NCBI GenBank assembly: GCA_963804955.1 | Contig: CAWDSQ010000005.1 | Span: 96,001 to 160,000 of the forward strand | Length of the DNA: 64,000 nucleotides | Source: an uncultured delta proteobacterium | GTDB taxonomy: Bacteria; Desulfobacterota; WTBG01; CAIYCZ01; CAIRTM01 | Reading direction: 5' to 3' | Part shown: positions 19,968-31,520 of the stretch, one piece after another | Numbering within the stretch: the first letter of the stretch is position 1 | How the letters are laid out: every line of letters starts with the position of its first letter | Notes under the pieces: model-generated | The model's database searches: none | What the model was told of the DNA's origin: nothing | What the model saw: only the letters and a program-made list of their open reading frames with translations | Position numbers and translations under genes: made by a program

Positions 19968-20675
19968 ATGGATAAACGCGAGCTTGATGAATACATAGAA
20001 TCACTGTGGTATTTAACCGAAGAGGGCGAGCCGTGCACCGAAGACGAGCGGCATCATGGAAGGGAGATTTTTACCGAGCCCGTGCTTGACGAGCTCAGGC
20101 AGCAGGCCCTCATCACCACCGACAGCGCGGGCAGGATTACGCTTACGAAGAAAGGTCATGATGCCTCGCGGCAGATCGTGCGGTGCCACCGGCTGGCAGA
20201 GCGGCTGCTGACGGACGTGCTGGGCCTGCAGCCCAAAGAAACGGAAGAGGGCGCCTGTGACTTCGAGCATATCATCGCGCCCGAGATTGCCGACAGCATC
20301 TGCACGCTGCTGGGGCATCCCGGAGAATGCCCGCATGGCTTGAAAATACCCGAGGGCAAATGCTGCAGGGGCGAGCGCGATACGCTTGCAAGCGCTATTG
20401 TGTCGCTTGACCGCGTGCGCGTGGGCGAACCGGTCAAGATATCGTATATCAATACGCTGTCCAATACTCGCATGCATAAGCTTGCCCATTTCGGCATTAT
20501 ACCCGGCGCCGAGATACGGGTGCATCAGAAAACCCCCGCCTTTGTGCTGCAGTGCGGCAATACGCAGGTGGCCATGGAGGAGGATGTGGCCAAAGAGGTA
20601 TATGTGATTGCGCCGCCCTCTGATGACGAGCCGGAAAAGCCGCAGCGCCGCCGGCGGTGGGGAATGCGAAAGTAA
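19968..20675 (+). CDS. DtxR/MntR-family metal-dependent regulator with C-terminal FeoA domain
   Basis: RCHRLAERLL, ACDFEH, LGHPGECPHG..IP; FeoA-like KLAHFGIIPGAEIRV. Confidence 0.9.
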   Translation: MDKRELDEYIESLWYLTEEGEPCTEDERHHGREIFTEPVLDELRQQALITTDSAGRITLTKKGHDASRQIVRCHRLAERLLTDVLGLQPKETEEGACDFEHIIAPEIADSICTLLGHPGECPHGLKIPEGKCCRGERDTLASAIVSLDRVRVGEPVKISYINTLSNTRMHKLAHFGIIPGAEIRVHQKTPAFVLQCGNTQVAMEEDVAKEVYVIAPPSDDEPEKPQRRRRWGMRK

Positions 20676-20737
20676 AATTTTCAATTAGGAATTTTGTGTT
20701 TAAAAAAACAAAAAATGGATTTTGCGAGGGTTAAAGT

Positions 20738-21223
20738 ATGGAACTGAAAACTGTTGCCATGAACATCCCAGAGGGGGCGAACCTGATTCTCGGGCAGGCG
20801 CATTTCATAAAAACTGTTGAGGACCTGTTTGAAATCATGATTACCACGGTGCCGGGCGTAAAATTCGGCGTGGCGTTCAGCGAAGCATCGGGCCCCTGCC
20901 TTATCCGCACAGAGGGCAATGACGAGGAGCTGGTCAACGCGGCTGTTGAAAACGCACAGGCTCTGGCAGCGGGGCATACCTTCAACATCGTTATGAAGAA
21001 CGCCTATCCCGTCAATATGCTCAATGCCGTCAAGCAGTGCCAGGAGGTGTGCACCGTTTTTTGCGCCACGGCAAACCCTGTTGAGGTGATTGTGGCAAAG
21101 AGCGATCAGGGCTGCGGCGTGCTGGGCGTGGTGGATGGTTTTGCACCAAAAGGGGTTGAGGGAACAAAGGATAAGGAAGACCGCAGCAATCTGCTGCGCA
21201 AAATTATAGGGTATAAAAAGTAG
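20738..21223 (+). CDS. adenosine-specific kinase-like protein (DUF355/COG1839)
   Basis: NLILGQAHFIKTVEDL, FSEASGPCL, FCATANP, LGVVDG. Confidence 0.85.
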   Translation: MELKTVAMNIPEGANLILGQAHFIKTVEDLFEIMITTVPGVKFGVAFSEASGPCLIRTEGNDEELVNAAVENAQALAAGHTFNIVMKNAYPVNMLNAVKQCQEVCTVFCATANPVEVIVAKSDQGCGVLGVVDGFAPKGVEGTKDKEDRSNLLRKIIGYKK

Positions 21224-21453
21224 GCTGTAGGGAATGAGGTTGTTAGGCTATAGGCAATTAGGCTGTAGGCTGAAAGACTTTTTTTATTGAAAAATTGAAG
21301 ATTAGGATCCGGACAACAGATCTGTAGGAGCGCATTGATGCGCGATGTGTTCGCGGCTGAAGCCGCGCCTACAAGGTCAATAAATATGTCTGCTGGTTTT
21401 ACGTCTGTAAAAACCTAAAAAACTAAAAGTCTATAGTCTAACATCCTACAGCC
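21221..21453. repeat. degenerate short-unit repeats (taggctg / cagcc-tagtct) flanking a GTAG REP at 21323-21373
   Basis: taggct units on the left, complementary-type units on the right, tgtagg..cctaca palindrome between them. Confidence 0.55.
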
Positions 21454-21465
21454 CAGAAAGGCTTT

Positions 21466-21774
21466 ATGGACATCATCACAAAATCCTACTCAACAAAAAA
21501 CGGTCTTGTGGAAGGCGTGCAGGTAAAATGGCAGGGGTTCAGCATTCTGCTGGTGACGGGTTCGAAGGGGTTTCTCGTATGCGGCGTGTTTGACCTCGCT
21601 CTTATTGATTCTTTCGGCGCGGCAGCGGCCATGGTTGAAAGCTCGCCCGATAATCCTATCGGCAATCTTGAGCGCTTCCCCCTGCGAACTATCAAAGCCG
21701 CAAACAAAAACGCCGAGGCCCTCGGCATCCGGACCGGTATGGATGTGACAGAAGCCTTCAGCTTGATCGCGTAA
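21466..21774 (+). CDS. YunC/DUF1805-family protein
   Basis: KGFLVCGVFD, AAA.V, AEALGIRTGM..EA. Confidence 0.75.
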   Translation: MDIITKSYSTKNGLVEGVQVKWQGFSILLVTGSKGFLVCGVFDLALIDSFGAAAAMVESSPDNPIGNLERFPLRTIKAANKNAEALGIRTGMDVTEAFSLIA

Positions 21775-21989
21775 TGCTCAGATCCTTTTAAACCGCCGTT
21801 CAAGCTCCTGCCGTGTAATGATAAAGAAGGTTGCCTGCCGTGGGGGTTGCAGCGGCTCCGAGCCGCTTTGCCGGGATGCACCATCTCGGGCACACTCAAA
21901 GCCGTACATTCCTTGGACGCGCAGGCGGGGAAGCATACCAGCATGAGATAAAACCCGCCGGTTCTCAACCCGCACAGGCGCAATTTTTA

Positions 21990-24087
21990 TCAGCTGTCAG
22001 CCAATCCCCATTTTCTGGCGCGTGCCGGGTCGGATAATTGCCACACCATGCCGTGAAGCGACGCAAGGCATGCAGGGTCTGCCAGCAGCTCCCGCTTTTC
22101 ACTTCTCGAGAGGCCGTCGGGTCCAAGCTCAAGAGCCTTGTGCGCAATCTCCTGCCGGCGTGAGGCAATGGCTGATGCGACCTTTCTGCTGCGGGTGATT
22201 TTCAGATGCAGTGCATTGACAATAGGTTCGGCAACGGCGCGGGCAAAACCGCGGGTCTGCGGAGCGGCCAGCGCCGGCGGCTGTTTTTCAAGTTCTGCAA
22301 GGCATGCCTCCAGCCATTGAAGCTCCTGCGGCGGATCCAGCTCTTCGGGGATGAGCAGGAAGCCCTTTTTGCGCAGGGCCCTGCCCCAGCCTGCCTTGCT
22401 GCTGATGACGCACATGGGGATGGAAAGCGCCAGGCCGGTCAGTATGGGCATGAGCCAGCAGAAGAAGGTGCGATTAATGACGAAAATAACAGCGCCCCAG
22501 ATACAGGCGAGCAGAGTGCCCGTCAGGTGAAACCGCAGCGCGTCGCTCCAGGCCGTCTCCCGGTCATCTCGCTGCTGCCCGCCCCAGCCGACCTGCTGAC
22601 CGAGCATGGTGATAAAGACGAATTTGCTGTGAAACAGCATCCGCACAGGCGCGAGCAGGGTCGAGAACAGCACTTCCATGATGACGCTTATGATGAGCTT
22701 GAGCCCGCCGCCATAGAGTCTGGCCCGGCCCTTTTGCAGAAGTATATTTACTATGGCAAGCCCCTTGGGCAGAAAAAGAATGACGGCGGTAAAGGCCAGA
22801 AGCCCGATGGACCATTCAGGGTTCCATACCGGCCAGTTCGGAAAAAGGCTTCGCTCCGGAGGAAAATAGTCCGGCTTGTGCAGGGCCTGGTAGATGGCAG
22901 CGGCCGTGCACAGGGTGAGGAAAAAAAACCAGAGCAGCGCTGAAATGTAGGAGAAGGCGCCGTTTAAAAAAAGCGCGCGGTGGACGGGGCACAGGCCCTT
23001 GGTGAACAGCAGCCGCAGGTGCTGCATATTGCCCTGGCACCAGCGCCTGTCGCGCTTGAGCTCGTCAAGCAGGGTGGGGGGCATTTCTTCATAGCTTCCT
23101 TCAAGGTCGAAGGCAAGCCATACGGCCCAGCCTGCGCGCCGCATAAGCGCCGCCTCGACAAAATCATGGCTCATGATATCGCCGCCAAGCGGCGGTTTGC
23201 CCGGAAGCGAAGGCAGGGCGCAGTACTTCATGAACGGCTCGACCCGCAGGATGGCATTGTGCCCCCAGAAATGGGCGTCACCGAGCTGCCAGAAGCTTAA
23301 GCCCACGGTGAATATGGGCCCGTAGACATTGTTTGCAAACTGCTGCATGCGCGCAATGAGAGTTTCGCGGCCTATGGCCTTGGGCGCGGTCTGCAGAATG
23401 CCCACTTCAGGATGCTGCTCCATGATTTGAACCATGCGCACGATGGTGGCCCCGCTCATGATGCTGTCGGCATCCAGCACGATCATGTAGGCATAGCTTT
23501 TTCCCCACCGCCTGCAAAAATCGGCTACATTGCCGCTCTTGCGTTTGATATTGAGCTTGCGGCGCCGGTAGAAAATACGGTCTGTGGCAGCCAAGCATGC
23601 GGCATGTCCTGGCCCAGGCAAACTCCTCCTCAACCATGACATCGGGGTCGCTGGTGTCGCTGAGCACGAAAAACTCGAAATGGTCGAGCCTGCCGGTTTG
23701 GGCAAGGGACTTGTAGATGGCGGCAATGCCGGCAAAGACGCGTGCCGGGTATTCATTACAGACCGGTATCAGGATTGCGGTCCTGGAAAGCGGCTTTTCC
23801 GGGTCAGAGGTTTCGGGCTCGCTGCCGGGTATCAAGAAGCGGCTGAATTTGCTGCGCAGGGTTATGAACCCGACCAGGGCGGTCCAGAAGCCCATGGATA
23901 TCCAGGCAAAGAGCAGCGTGAATACTATGACCAGGATCGTTTCATGCCACACAGTGCCTTTATAGGGCAGCACACTTGCCATATAGCCGCCGGCAAAAAA
24001 GGTTGGCGCTAGAAGCAGCACCAGCAGCACGGCCCTGCGCCATACCGCAGCGCGGCCCCATATTTCATGCAGATGTTCTCTGGACAT
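21990..24087 (-). CDS. opgH: glucans biosynthesis glucosyltransferase OpgH/MdoH (GT2), frameshift near 23590
   Basis: RTAILIPVCNE, FFVLSDT, RKSGNVADFCRRWG, VLDADSIMSG, FWGHNAI, SHDFVEAA, RDRRWCQGN. Confidence 0.95.
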
Positions 24088-24100
24088 ACCGTTTCGATCC

Positions 24101-24574
24101 TTACTGTCCTGTGCAGTACCGCCAGTACAGGCCTGCAGCAGCCGCCAGCAGCACAAGCAGGACATACAGCCTGAGCGGCGGACGGAGCAGTTTGCCTGCT
24201 ACGTTTATGAACACTATAAAAAAGAAAGCGAAGGGCCCTGACCTGTCGATAACAACGGGAATCATGCTGCCGCGGTTGAGGGGCGGCATGGCCTGCAGGT
24301 CGCCAAGCTCGGTCAGGCATATATCGGGGCTGTCTGCCCGCAGCAGGCGCTCAAGGCTGCGCATGGCCGAGGCAACATAATCGCCGCCGTCATGCGCGCA
24401 TGTCTTTTCGGCTTCTGCAAGCGATTGCGTTGCAAGCTCATATCGTTTCTGAACAGGTATATGCAGGGCCTTAAGATAGGTCTGCATCCGCCTGTGCGCT
24501 GTCTCAAGCTGATCGGCGACGGTTGGGACGGGAGTGGGCTGCCATGATGCTCCCGAGGGTTTTTTCCTGCTCAT
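24101..24574 (-). CDS. small membrane protein between opgG and opgH (resembles the OpgH N-terminal region)
   Basis: YLKALHI.., AMPPLNRGSMIP, C-terminal TM segment; position within the operon. Confidence 0.6.
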   Translation of the reverse strand: MSRKKPSGASWQPTPVPTVADQLETAHRRMQTYLKALHIPVQKRYELATQSLAEAEKTCAHDGGDYVASAMRSLERLLRADSPDICLTELGDLQAMPPLNRGSMIPVVIDRSGPFAFFFIVFINVAGKLLRPPLRLYVLLVLLAAAAGLYWRYCTGQ

Positions 24575-24605
24575 GATACGATAGCGATTCTATGCATTAA
24601 AAATT

Positions 24606-26214
24606 TTAGAGCTGCGCTCCGCAGATCCACGTTTCGGTAAGTATGCTGGAGCCGTGTTTCAGAAAAGCCCGCATCTCTACAATGGGTTTTTTTTCGGGCA
24701 TGATTTTTTCCGCAAGCGTGGAATTTTCTTCAGGCTTGACATGAAATACCAGGCGCCAGCCGCCGGTGACCTGATTTTTATAGAGCTGGTGCTCGATCAG
24801 ACGACCTCCTGAGCCGATATCAATAATGCCTTCCACGCCGTCTGAGGGCTCGCACCCGGCAAGCTCGCCCCCCTTCAAAATCAACGATGAATTTTTTTAT
24901 GCCCGTCTGCCTGTCGGTTTCGGTCCGTGTTGCGACCACTCGTCCGGCTGGCGGCCTTTTATCGTCGGGATACTGCCAGCTCAGCCTGTAGGCAAAGGAA
25001 AGCGGCTGGCCGACGGGCGCTGCTGCAGGCCGCCAGTACGCAACGATATTATCATGGATTTCATCATCAGTGGGAATTTGAACCAGCTCCACCCAGCCTT
25101 TGCCCCAGGCCCCTTTGGGCTCGCACCAGAGACTGGGCCTGCGGTCAAAGCGTGCCTCGAGGTCCTGGTAGTGATCAAAGTTTAAATCCCGCTGCATCAG
25201 GCCGAATCCCTTGAGATTATCGGCCTGAAAGACATTGACCCAGAGGCTTTTATTGTTTGCGACAGGGCGCCACAGCCATTCGCCGTTTTCCATATTTATC
25301 ATCAGGCCGTCGGAATCATGTACTTCGGGCCTGAACGAGTCTTTGGGCCGCGAATTGGTGTTTTCACCGTAGAAGAACATGCTGGTCATGGGAGCAATGC
25401 CCAGCTTGTCGACACCCTTGCGCAGAAAGACCGTTGCTTCAACATTCATCACGGTTTCTTTGCCCGGCTGTATCACAAATGAATAAGCGCCGGTCATGCG
25501 AGGGCTATCCAACAGGGCATAGACGGTTATTTGTGAGTCTTTTGGCCTTGGGCGCTGTATCCAGAATTCGCGGAACCAGGGGAATTCCTCGCCTGTGGGC
25601 TGAGCCGTGTCAACGGCGAGGCCTCGCGCTGAAAGGCCGTAATGCATGTCTTTCGCTACTGCCCTGAAATAGCTCGCGCCTAAAAACACCGCAAACTCAT
25701 CCTTGTAAGCCGGATTGTTTATATTGCAGTGAATTCTGAATCCGGCAAAACCCAAATCTTTAGGCACCCTGTCCTTGAGGTCTGCGGCGCTTTTTTCATA
25801 GTTGAAATAGTCTGTGGAAAATTTGATGGGTATCGGCCCCTGGGGCGTCACATCATATATCTTTACCGTGCGGTTGAAATAGGAGCCGGCATGAAAAAAC
25901 TGGAGCTCAAAGGGCAGTTTTTGCTTGCGCCAGAATGATGTCTCGGGGATGAACCGGATATCCCGGTGCTGGTCGTAGGTGATATCAAGAAGCCACTGCG
26001 GCAGCGCCCCTTTGGGGTCCTTATAGGCTGTTTCAGCAAGCACCCGGGCACTGTCAACGACATTTTTCATCCCGAACACCTGTTTTGGAGGCTGCGCCGT
26101 TTTTTTTGTTTTTTTTATTTTTTCCGTTGCTGATACCATGGAAGCGGAAACAAAAATCATGCAGCATGCTATACTCATGCACCAAAAAAAACCAAGAGCG
26201 CGGCGCTTTGTCAT
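24606..26214 (-). CDS. opgG: glucan biosynthesis protein OpgG/MdoG (frameshift near 24875)
   Basis: Signal peptide; FLGASYFRAV, YGLSARGLA, EEFP.FREFW, RPEVHDSDGL, HDNIVAYW, WRLVF..ETW. Confidence 0.93.
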
Positions 26215-26417
26215 ACATCCTTCCTCTATTTCACAGGTGTTTGCATTCGTGCCCGGCGCAGATGCGCCGTTCAGAGTTAGTTGAGAGCCTGGCACGCAGG
26301 CTTCCGGCGGCGGTCAGTTGCCCTGTGCTCATTGCAGTTCTCTGCTGCAACCAGTCAGGCCATGGGACCTGAACTGTTGCGTCAAGTGACGGGCCGCCCC
26401 ATACGTTCAGAATCAGC

Positions 26418-26450
26418 ATTATATCATAGTATGTGTGTGCGGCTAGTCAA
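26418..26450 (-). promoter_or_regulatory. sigma70 promoter of the opgGH operon
   Basis: Minus strand reads TTGACT-16nt-TATGAT, overlapping an extended -10 TGaTATAAT. Confidence 0.55.
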
Positions 26451-26621
26451 CAGGATTTTTATAGGATACGTCACTTTATCCGCGCTTTAATCTCTTGTCG
26501 TTCGGCGGCAAACTTGTTAATATTGCAGAGAAACCTGCATGGCTGTAGCGCCTGGCGCATGTGCGGACGGCCGGGCAGGCGGCAGCAATATTGAATCATT
26601 TGATTGTTTCGGGCGATCAGC

Positions 26622-28364
26622 ATGGATGGACAAAAGTTTCATCTCCACCGTCAGACATTGGTGCATTTTCTGGCAAGCCTGAAGCGCTTCGCCACTGCCC
26701 CTGATGTGGGTCGCAGGGCTCTCTGGATGTTTACAGCGCTGCTGACCCTGCAGCTGAGCATTAACGGCCTGAATGTTCTGAACAGCTATGTGGGCCGTGA
26801 TTTCATGACAGCCATCGAGGACCGCAACCGCGTCGAATTTGCCCGGCAGGCCCTGCTCTACATTGCTGTTTTCGCCGCCTTAACACTTACCTCGGTGCTG
26901 TGCCGGTTCTCCGAGGAGCGTCTCGGGCTGCTGTGGCGCGAGTGGACTACCAAACGCAGCATACTGCGCTACGGCAATCACCGCGTGTACTACCGCCTCA
27001 GAACGGACCCCGAGGTCGGCAATCCCGACCAGCGCATCTCAGAGGATATCCGCGTCTATACCACCACCACGCTTTCCTTCATGCTCATGTTATGTAACAG
27101 CAGCATTACCGTTATCGCTTTTTCAGGGGTCATGTGGTCAATCAGCCCAAAGCTGTTCATAGTGTCCGTGGTCTATGCCGCCGCCGGCTCGCTGGTTATG
27201 TTTCTGCTCGGGCGGCCGCTGGTGCGGCTGAACTATGATCAGCTTGATAAAGAGGCCAATCTGCGCTCGTCGCTCACCTTTCTGCGCGCCAATGCCGAGT
27301 CCGTGGCCCTCACGCGCCGCGAAGGGGGGCTGATGCAGCTGGCGCTGCGCAACCTCGACGCGGTTGTGAAAAATATGTGCTCCCTTATCGGCATCAACCG
27401 TACCGTCAATTACTGCTCCACGGGCTATAACTGGCTTATTCAGATTATTCCCGCCCTGATCGTGGCACCGCTGTTCATGGAAGGTAAGGTCCAGTTCGGC
27501 GTCATTACCCAGTCGGCCATTGCCTTCACCCAGCTGCTGGGCGCGTTTTCGCTTATCATCACGCAGTTTCAATCCATTTCTTCCTATACGGCGGTTATAT
27601 CCCGGCTGAGCAACATGGTTACTGCAAGCGAGCGCGAGGCACAGGCTGAGCAGAGCGCCGCCGCAGGCCCGAAGGATGAAAACTGCGTCGCCTACCAGGG
27701 GCTGACGCTCCTGTCGCCCCGCAGCGGCCGCGTGCTTATACATGAGCTGAAATTTACAATCCCCCGCGGCACAAATATTCTTGTATGCGGCCAGGACGAA
27801 AGCGCTCGCTCTGCACTGTTTAACGCAACCGCCAGCCTCTTTAAGATAAGCGGGGGCATGATTATACGCCCGCCCCTGGAGCATATTTTATTTGTAGGTG
27901 AAGCGCCGTATCTGCCGCCCGGCACGGTTCGCGAGCTGCTCGTGCGGCCCCTGCCCGAGGCGGGTGTTGAAGACGCAGCAATGCTCGAGCAGCTTAAATT
28001 TTCCGAAGAGCGGATGACCGGCGTACTGCGCGAGCTGAAGATCGAATCGCTGCTTAAAGGGTACGGGGGGCTTGATACCCGGCAGCACTGGGAAAATGTT
28101 CTTCCCCTTGCCGAGCAGAAGCTGCTGATCGTGGCGCGCCTGCTGCTGGTGGGGCCGAGCTTCGTATTCCTCGAGAGGCCGAGCGCCACACTGGACCCGG
28201 AGCACCTTGCATACGTTCTGGGCCTGCTCCGGCAACATAAGATAACTTTTGTCACCTTTGAAGAGCGCGGGGCCCATCTTGAGTTTTACGACAGGATTCT
28301 GGAGCTTGAGCGGGGCGGGGTCTGGACCTGCAAGTCAATTATAGACGGCCATATCTGCGGATAA
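26622..28364 (+). CDS. fused ABC transporter permease/ATPase (YddA/ABCD-like) with degenerate NBD
   Basis: WREWTT, NPDQRISEDI, IIPALIVAP, G.ITQS..AF; Walker A and B altered. Confidence 0.85.
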   Translation: MDGQKFHLHRQTLVHFLASLKRFATAPDVGRRALWMFTALLTLQLSINGLNVLNSYVGRDFMTAIEDRNRVEFARQALLYIAVFAALTLTSVLCRFSEERLGLLWREWTTKRSILRYGNHRVYYRLRTDPEVGNPDQRISEDIRVYTTTTLSFMLMLCNSSITVIAFSGVMWSISPKLFIVSVVYAAAGSLVMFLLGRPLVRLNYDQLDKEANLRSSLTFLRANAESVALTRREGGLMQLALRNLDAVVKNMCSLIGINRTVNYCSTGYNWLIQIIPALIVAPLFMEGKVQFGVITQSAIAFTQLLGAFSLIITQFQSISSYTAVISRLSNMVTASEREAQAEQSAAAGPKDENCVAYQGLTLLSPRSGRVLIHELKFTIPRGTNILVCGQDESARSALFNATASLFKISGGMIIRPPLEHILFVGEAPYLPPGTVRELLVRPLPEAGVEDAAMLEQLKFSEERMTGVLRELKIESLLKGYGGLDTRQHWENVLPLAEQKLLIVARLLLVGPSFVFLERPSATLDPEHLAYVLGLLRQHKITFVTFEERGAHLEFYDRILELERGGVWTCKSIIDGHICG

Positions 28365-28414
28365 AGCCCGCAGGGCCTTTGCTGACTGGACAAGGCTGAA
28401 CTACAAGGAGCGCT

Positions 28415-31400
28415 GTGCAGGCAAACGTGCTTGATGATTTTGGCGACCTTTCGCTCTGGAGGGCATTTGCCTCGGGAGAAGCGACTCTGGCCATCGTGCC
28501 GGATGCCGGCCCCGGAGGCCATGCCATGCGTCTTGATTTCGATTTTCACGGGGGCGGCGGCTTTGTCGGCGTGCGAAGATTGCTGCCGCTTCAGCTTCCC
28601 GAAAGCTACACGTTCGGCCTTAATATCCGCGGCAACGCCCCGGCCAATATTCTGGAATTCAAGCTTGCCGATTCCTCCGGTCAGAATGTCTGGCGCTACC
28701 GGGTGGAGGCCTTCGATTTTCCGCCCGACTGGCAGCCTCTTGTCCTTCGCAACAGCCAGATCGAGTTTGCGTGGGGACCTCTGGGCGGCGGCCCCGCAGG
28801 CAGCATCGAAGCTGTCGAGCTGGTCATTGCCGCAGGCCCGGGAGGCAAAGGCACGGTCTGGGTCGACCAGTTGTGCTTTCAGGATCTCACCTACAGGGCA
28901 CTGCCTGTGGCGCAGTCTTCAACCTCGCTGCCGGGCCATGAGCCGCAGAACGCGCTGGACGGGCTGACAACAACCGGCTGGCGCAGCGCTGCAGCCGATG
29001 AGCCCCAGTGGCTTCTCGTTGATTTTCAGCAGGAGCGTGAATACGGCGGGCTGGTCATTGATTGGGAGCAGGGTCTTCAGCCGCTGCAGTTCGATGTTCA
29101 GCTGTCTCTCGACAGCAGCCGAATGGAAGACCGCCTATGCCACAAGCCAGGCAGGCTCCGACCGCAGTTATGTGTATCTTCCTGCAGCCATGTCCCGCTA
29201 TATAAAGCTCGGGCTGCATCAAAGTATCGAGAAAAAAGGCTTCGGCATAAGGAATATCGGAGTGAAGCCCTATGAGGCTTCGCGCTCCATCAATGCTTTT
29301 TTTCACAGTATCGCACAAGCGGAGCCTCTGGGGCAGTATCCCAAATATCTTATGGGCCGCCAGACCTACTGGACGCTCGTCGGGACGGGCGATGGCGACG
29401 GCCAGGCCCTGTTTAATGAAGAGGGCATGGTTGAGGTGGACAGGGGCGCATTCTCTGTCGAGCCATTTCTCTATGTGAACAATCGTCTTGTCACCTGGGC
29501 TGATGTGATGCTGAACCAGGATCTGGTGAACAGGCATCTACCCATGCCCTCCTCCGAGTGGCGCATGGACGGCCTTGTCATGAAGGTCACCTCTTTTGCC
29601 TCCGGCCAGACCGGAAGGCCCGTTCTGTTTATATGCTATTGTGTTCAGAATACCAGCCGCGAGACACAAGAGGTGCGGCTTTTTGCCGCTGTCCGGCCTT
29701 TTCAGGTAAACCCGACATGGCAAAACTGGAGAGAGCTCGGAGGCGTCACCCCAATCCGTGATTTTGCCTTCCACAATGAAGCTGTCTGGGTAAACGGCTC
29801 CAGGGCAATAGTTCCTCTGAGCCCAGCGGCAGGTTTCGGCGCATCGCCGTTTGACCGGGGCTCAGTGACCCGGTATTTAAAATCGGGCGCATTGCCTGAC
29901 AGCACAGAGGTTCATGACGGTTTCGGGTATGCCTCCGGCGCATTGCTGTTTAACTTGAATCTTGCGCCGGGCAGCGCCCAGGAGGTCTATGTTGCGGTCC
30001 CGTTCGGTGCTGTTCTTGACGGCGATACCGGCATAGCCTCAATTAAAAGTGAGCCCGGGCCTGTCCAGTTCGCCCGTGCTGTACAGGGCTGGGAGCAGCA
30101 GGAGGCCGGTTCGTTTGAAATTTTTGTTCCGCTGCATCTGCGTCGTCTTGCCCATACGGTCAAAACCGCAGCAGCTCATATACGTATTAACCGCGATGGC
30201 CCTGCATTGCATCCCGGCCCGCGGCGCTACTCCCGCTCGTGGATACGCGACGGCGTGATCATGGGAGCCGCTCTTCTGCGGGTGGGCTGCACGGATGCCT
30301 TGCGGGATTTCATCAGATGGTATGCCGGTTTTCAGGCAGATGACGGCACCATCCCTGACTGCACGGATTCCGAGGGCTCCGAATGGCTGCCGGAATACGA
30401 TGCCTATGGCCAGTTTATTTTCGGCGTCATGGAATACTTCCGGTTCACGGGCGACAGGCCGTTTCTTGAGGAAATGCTGCCTGCCGTTGCCAGGACGCTG
30501 GGCTGCATGGAAAGTCTGCGCGCACAGCGCCTGACAGATGAGTACCGGCAGCCCGGGAAGCAGGCCTGTTACGGCCTGCTGCCGGAATCCATGAGCCACG
30601 AGGGATATATGGCCCATCCCGTGCATGCCTACTGGGATGATTTCTGGGCGATTTGCGGCTACCGGGATGCTGCCCGTATGGCTGAAATTCTGGGCGATCA
30701 GTATGAGGCTGCGCGCCTGAAGCACGAGCACGACTCTCTGGTCAAAAGCGTGCAGGCATCGCTTGCCGCAACCATAGCTCATCACGGGATTGATTTTCTG
30801 CCCGGCTCAGTCGAGCTGGGGGATTTTGATCCGACGGCAATCGCCGTTGCCGTAGCGCTGCTGGATCAGCTTGAGATCCTGCCGGCGGCTGAAACCCGCA
30901 GGACATTTGAAAAATATTTTGACATGTTTCTGACGCGGTCGGGCGGAAAGGTCAGCTGGAACAATTATACCGCTTACGAAGTGCGCATCATAGGGGCGCT
31001 TGTTCGGCTTGGAAAGCGCACGGAAGCCGTTGAGCTGGCTCATTATCTGATTAAGGACCAGCGCATCGGCGCCTGGAACCAGTGGCCTGAGATAACCTGG
31101 TTCGACCCCGAAAGCCCCAGCTTTATGGGCGATCTGCCCCATACCTGGATCAGCGCCGAGTTTATTCTGTCGGCCTGCAGCCTGTTTGCCTATGAGCGCG
31201 AGGCCGACCAGTCGCTGGTGCTGGCGGCAGGGCTTCCCTATAAATGGCTGTCAGACGGCTCTCCGATCGGCGTTGAAAATTTGTCGACCTTTTACGGCAA
31301 GCTTTCCTACTCTTTGAGTTTTGAGGATGCAGGCACCATGTGTTTGAGCCTTACGGGAACTCTGGCGCTGCCGCCGGGGGGCATCGCTGTCAAGCCGCCT

Positions 31401-31511
31401 CTGCCGCGGCCGATCCGCTCTGTTGAAGTCAATGGTGAGGCGCTTGAATTCTTCGAGGTTGATGGCTTTACCTTCAGCCAGTGCCCGGCCATGGTGGTGG
31501 TGAAGTTTTAG
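28415..31511 (+). CDS. carbohydrate-binding + discoidin (F5/8 type C) + six-hairpin glycosidase-like protein (frameshift near 29120)
   Basis: MRLDFDFHGGGGF, NALDG..TGWRS..PQWLLVDF; PGPRRYSRSWIRDG, GLLPESMSHEGY, YWDDFW, GDLPHTW. Confidence 0.8.
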
Positions 31512-31520
31512 AGCATAGCA

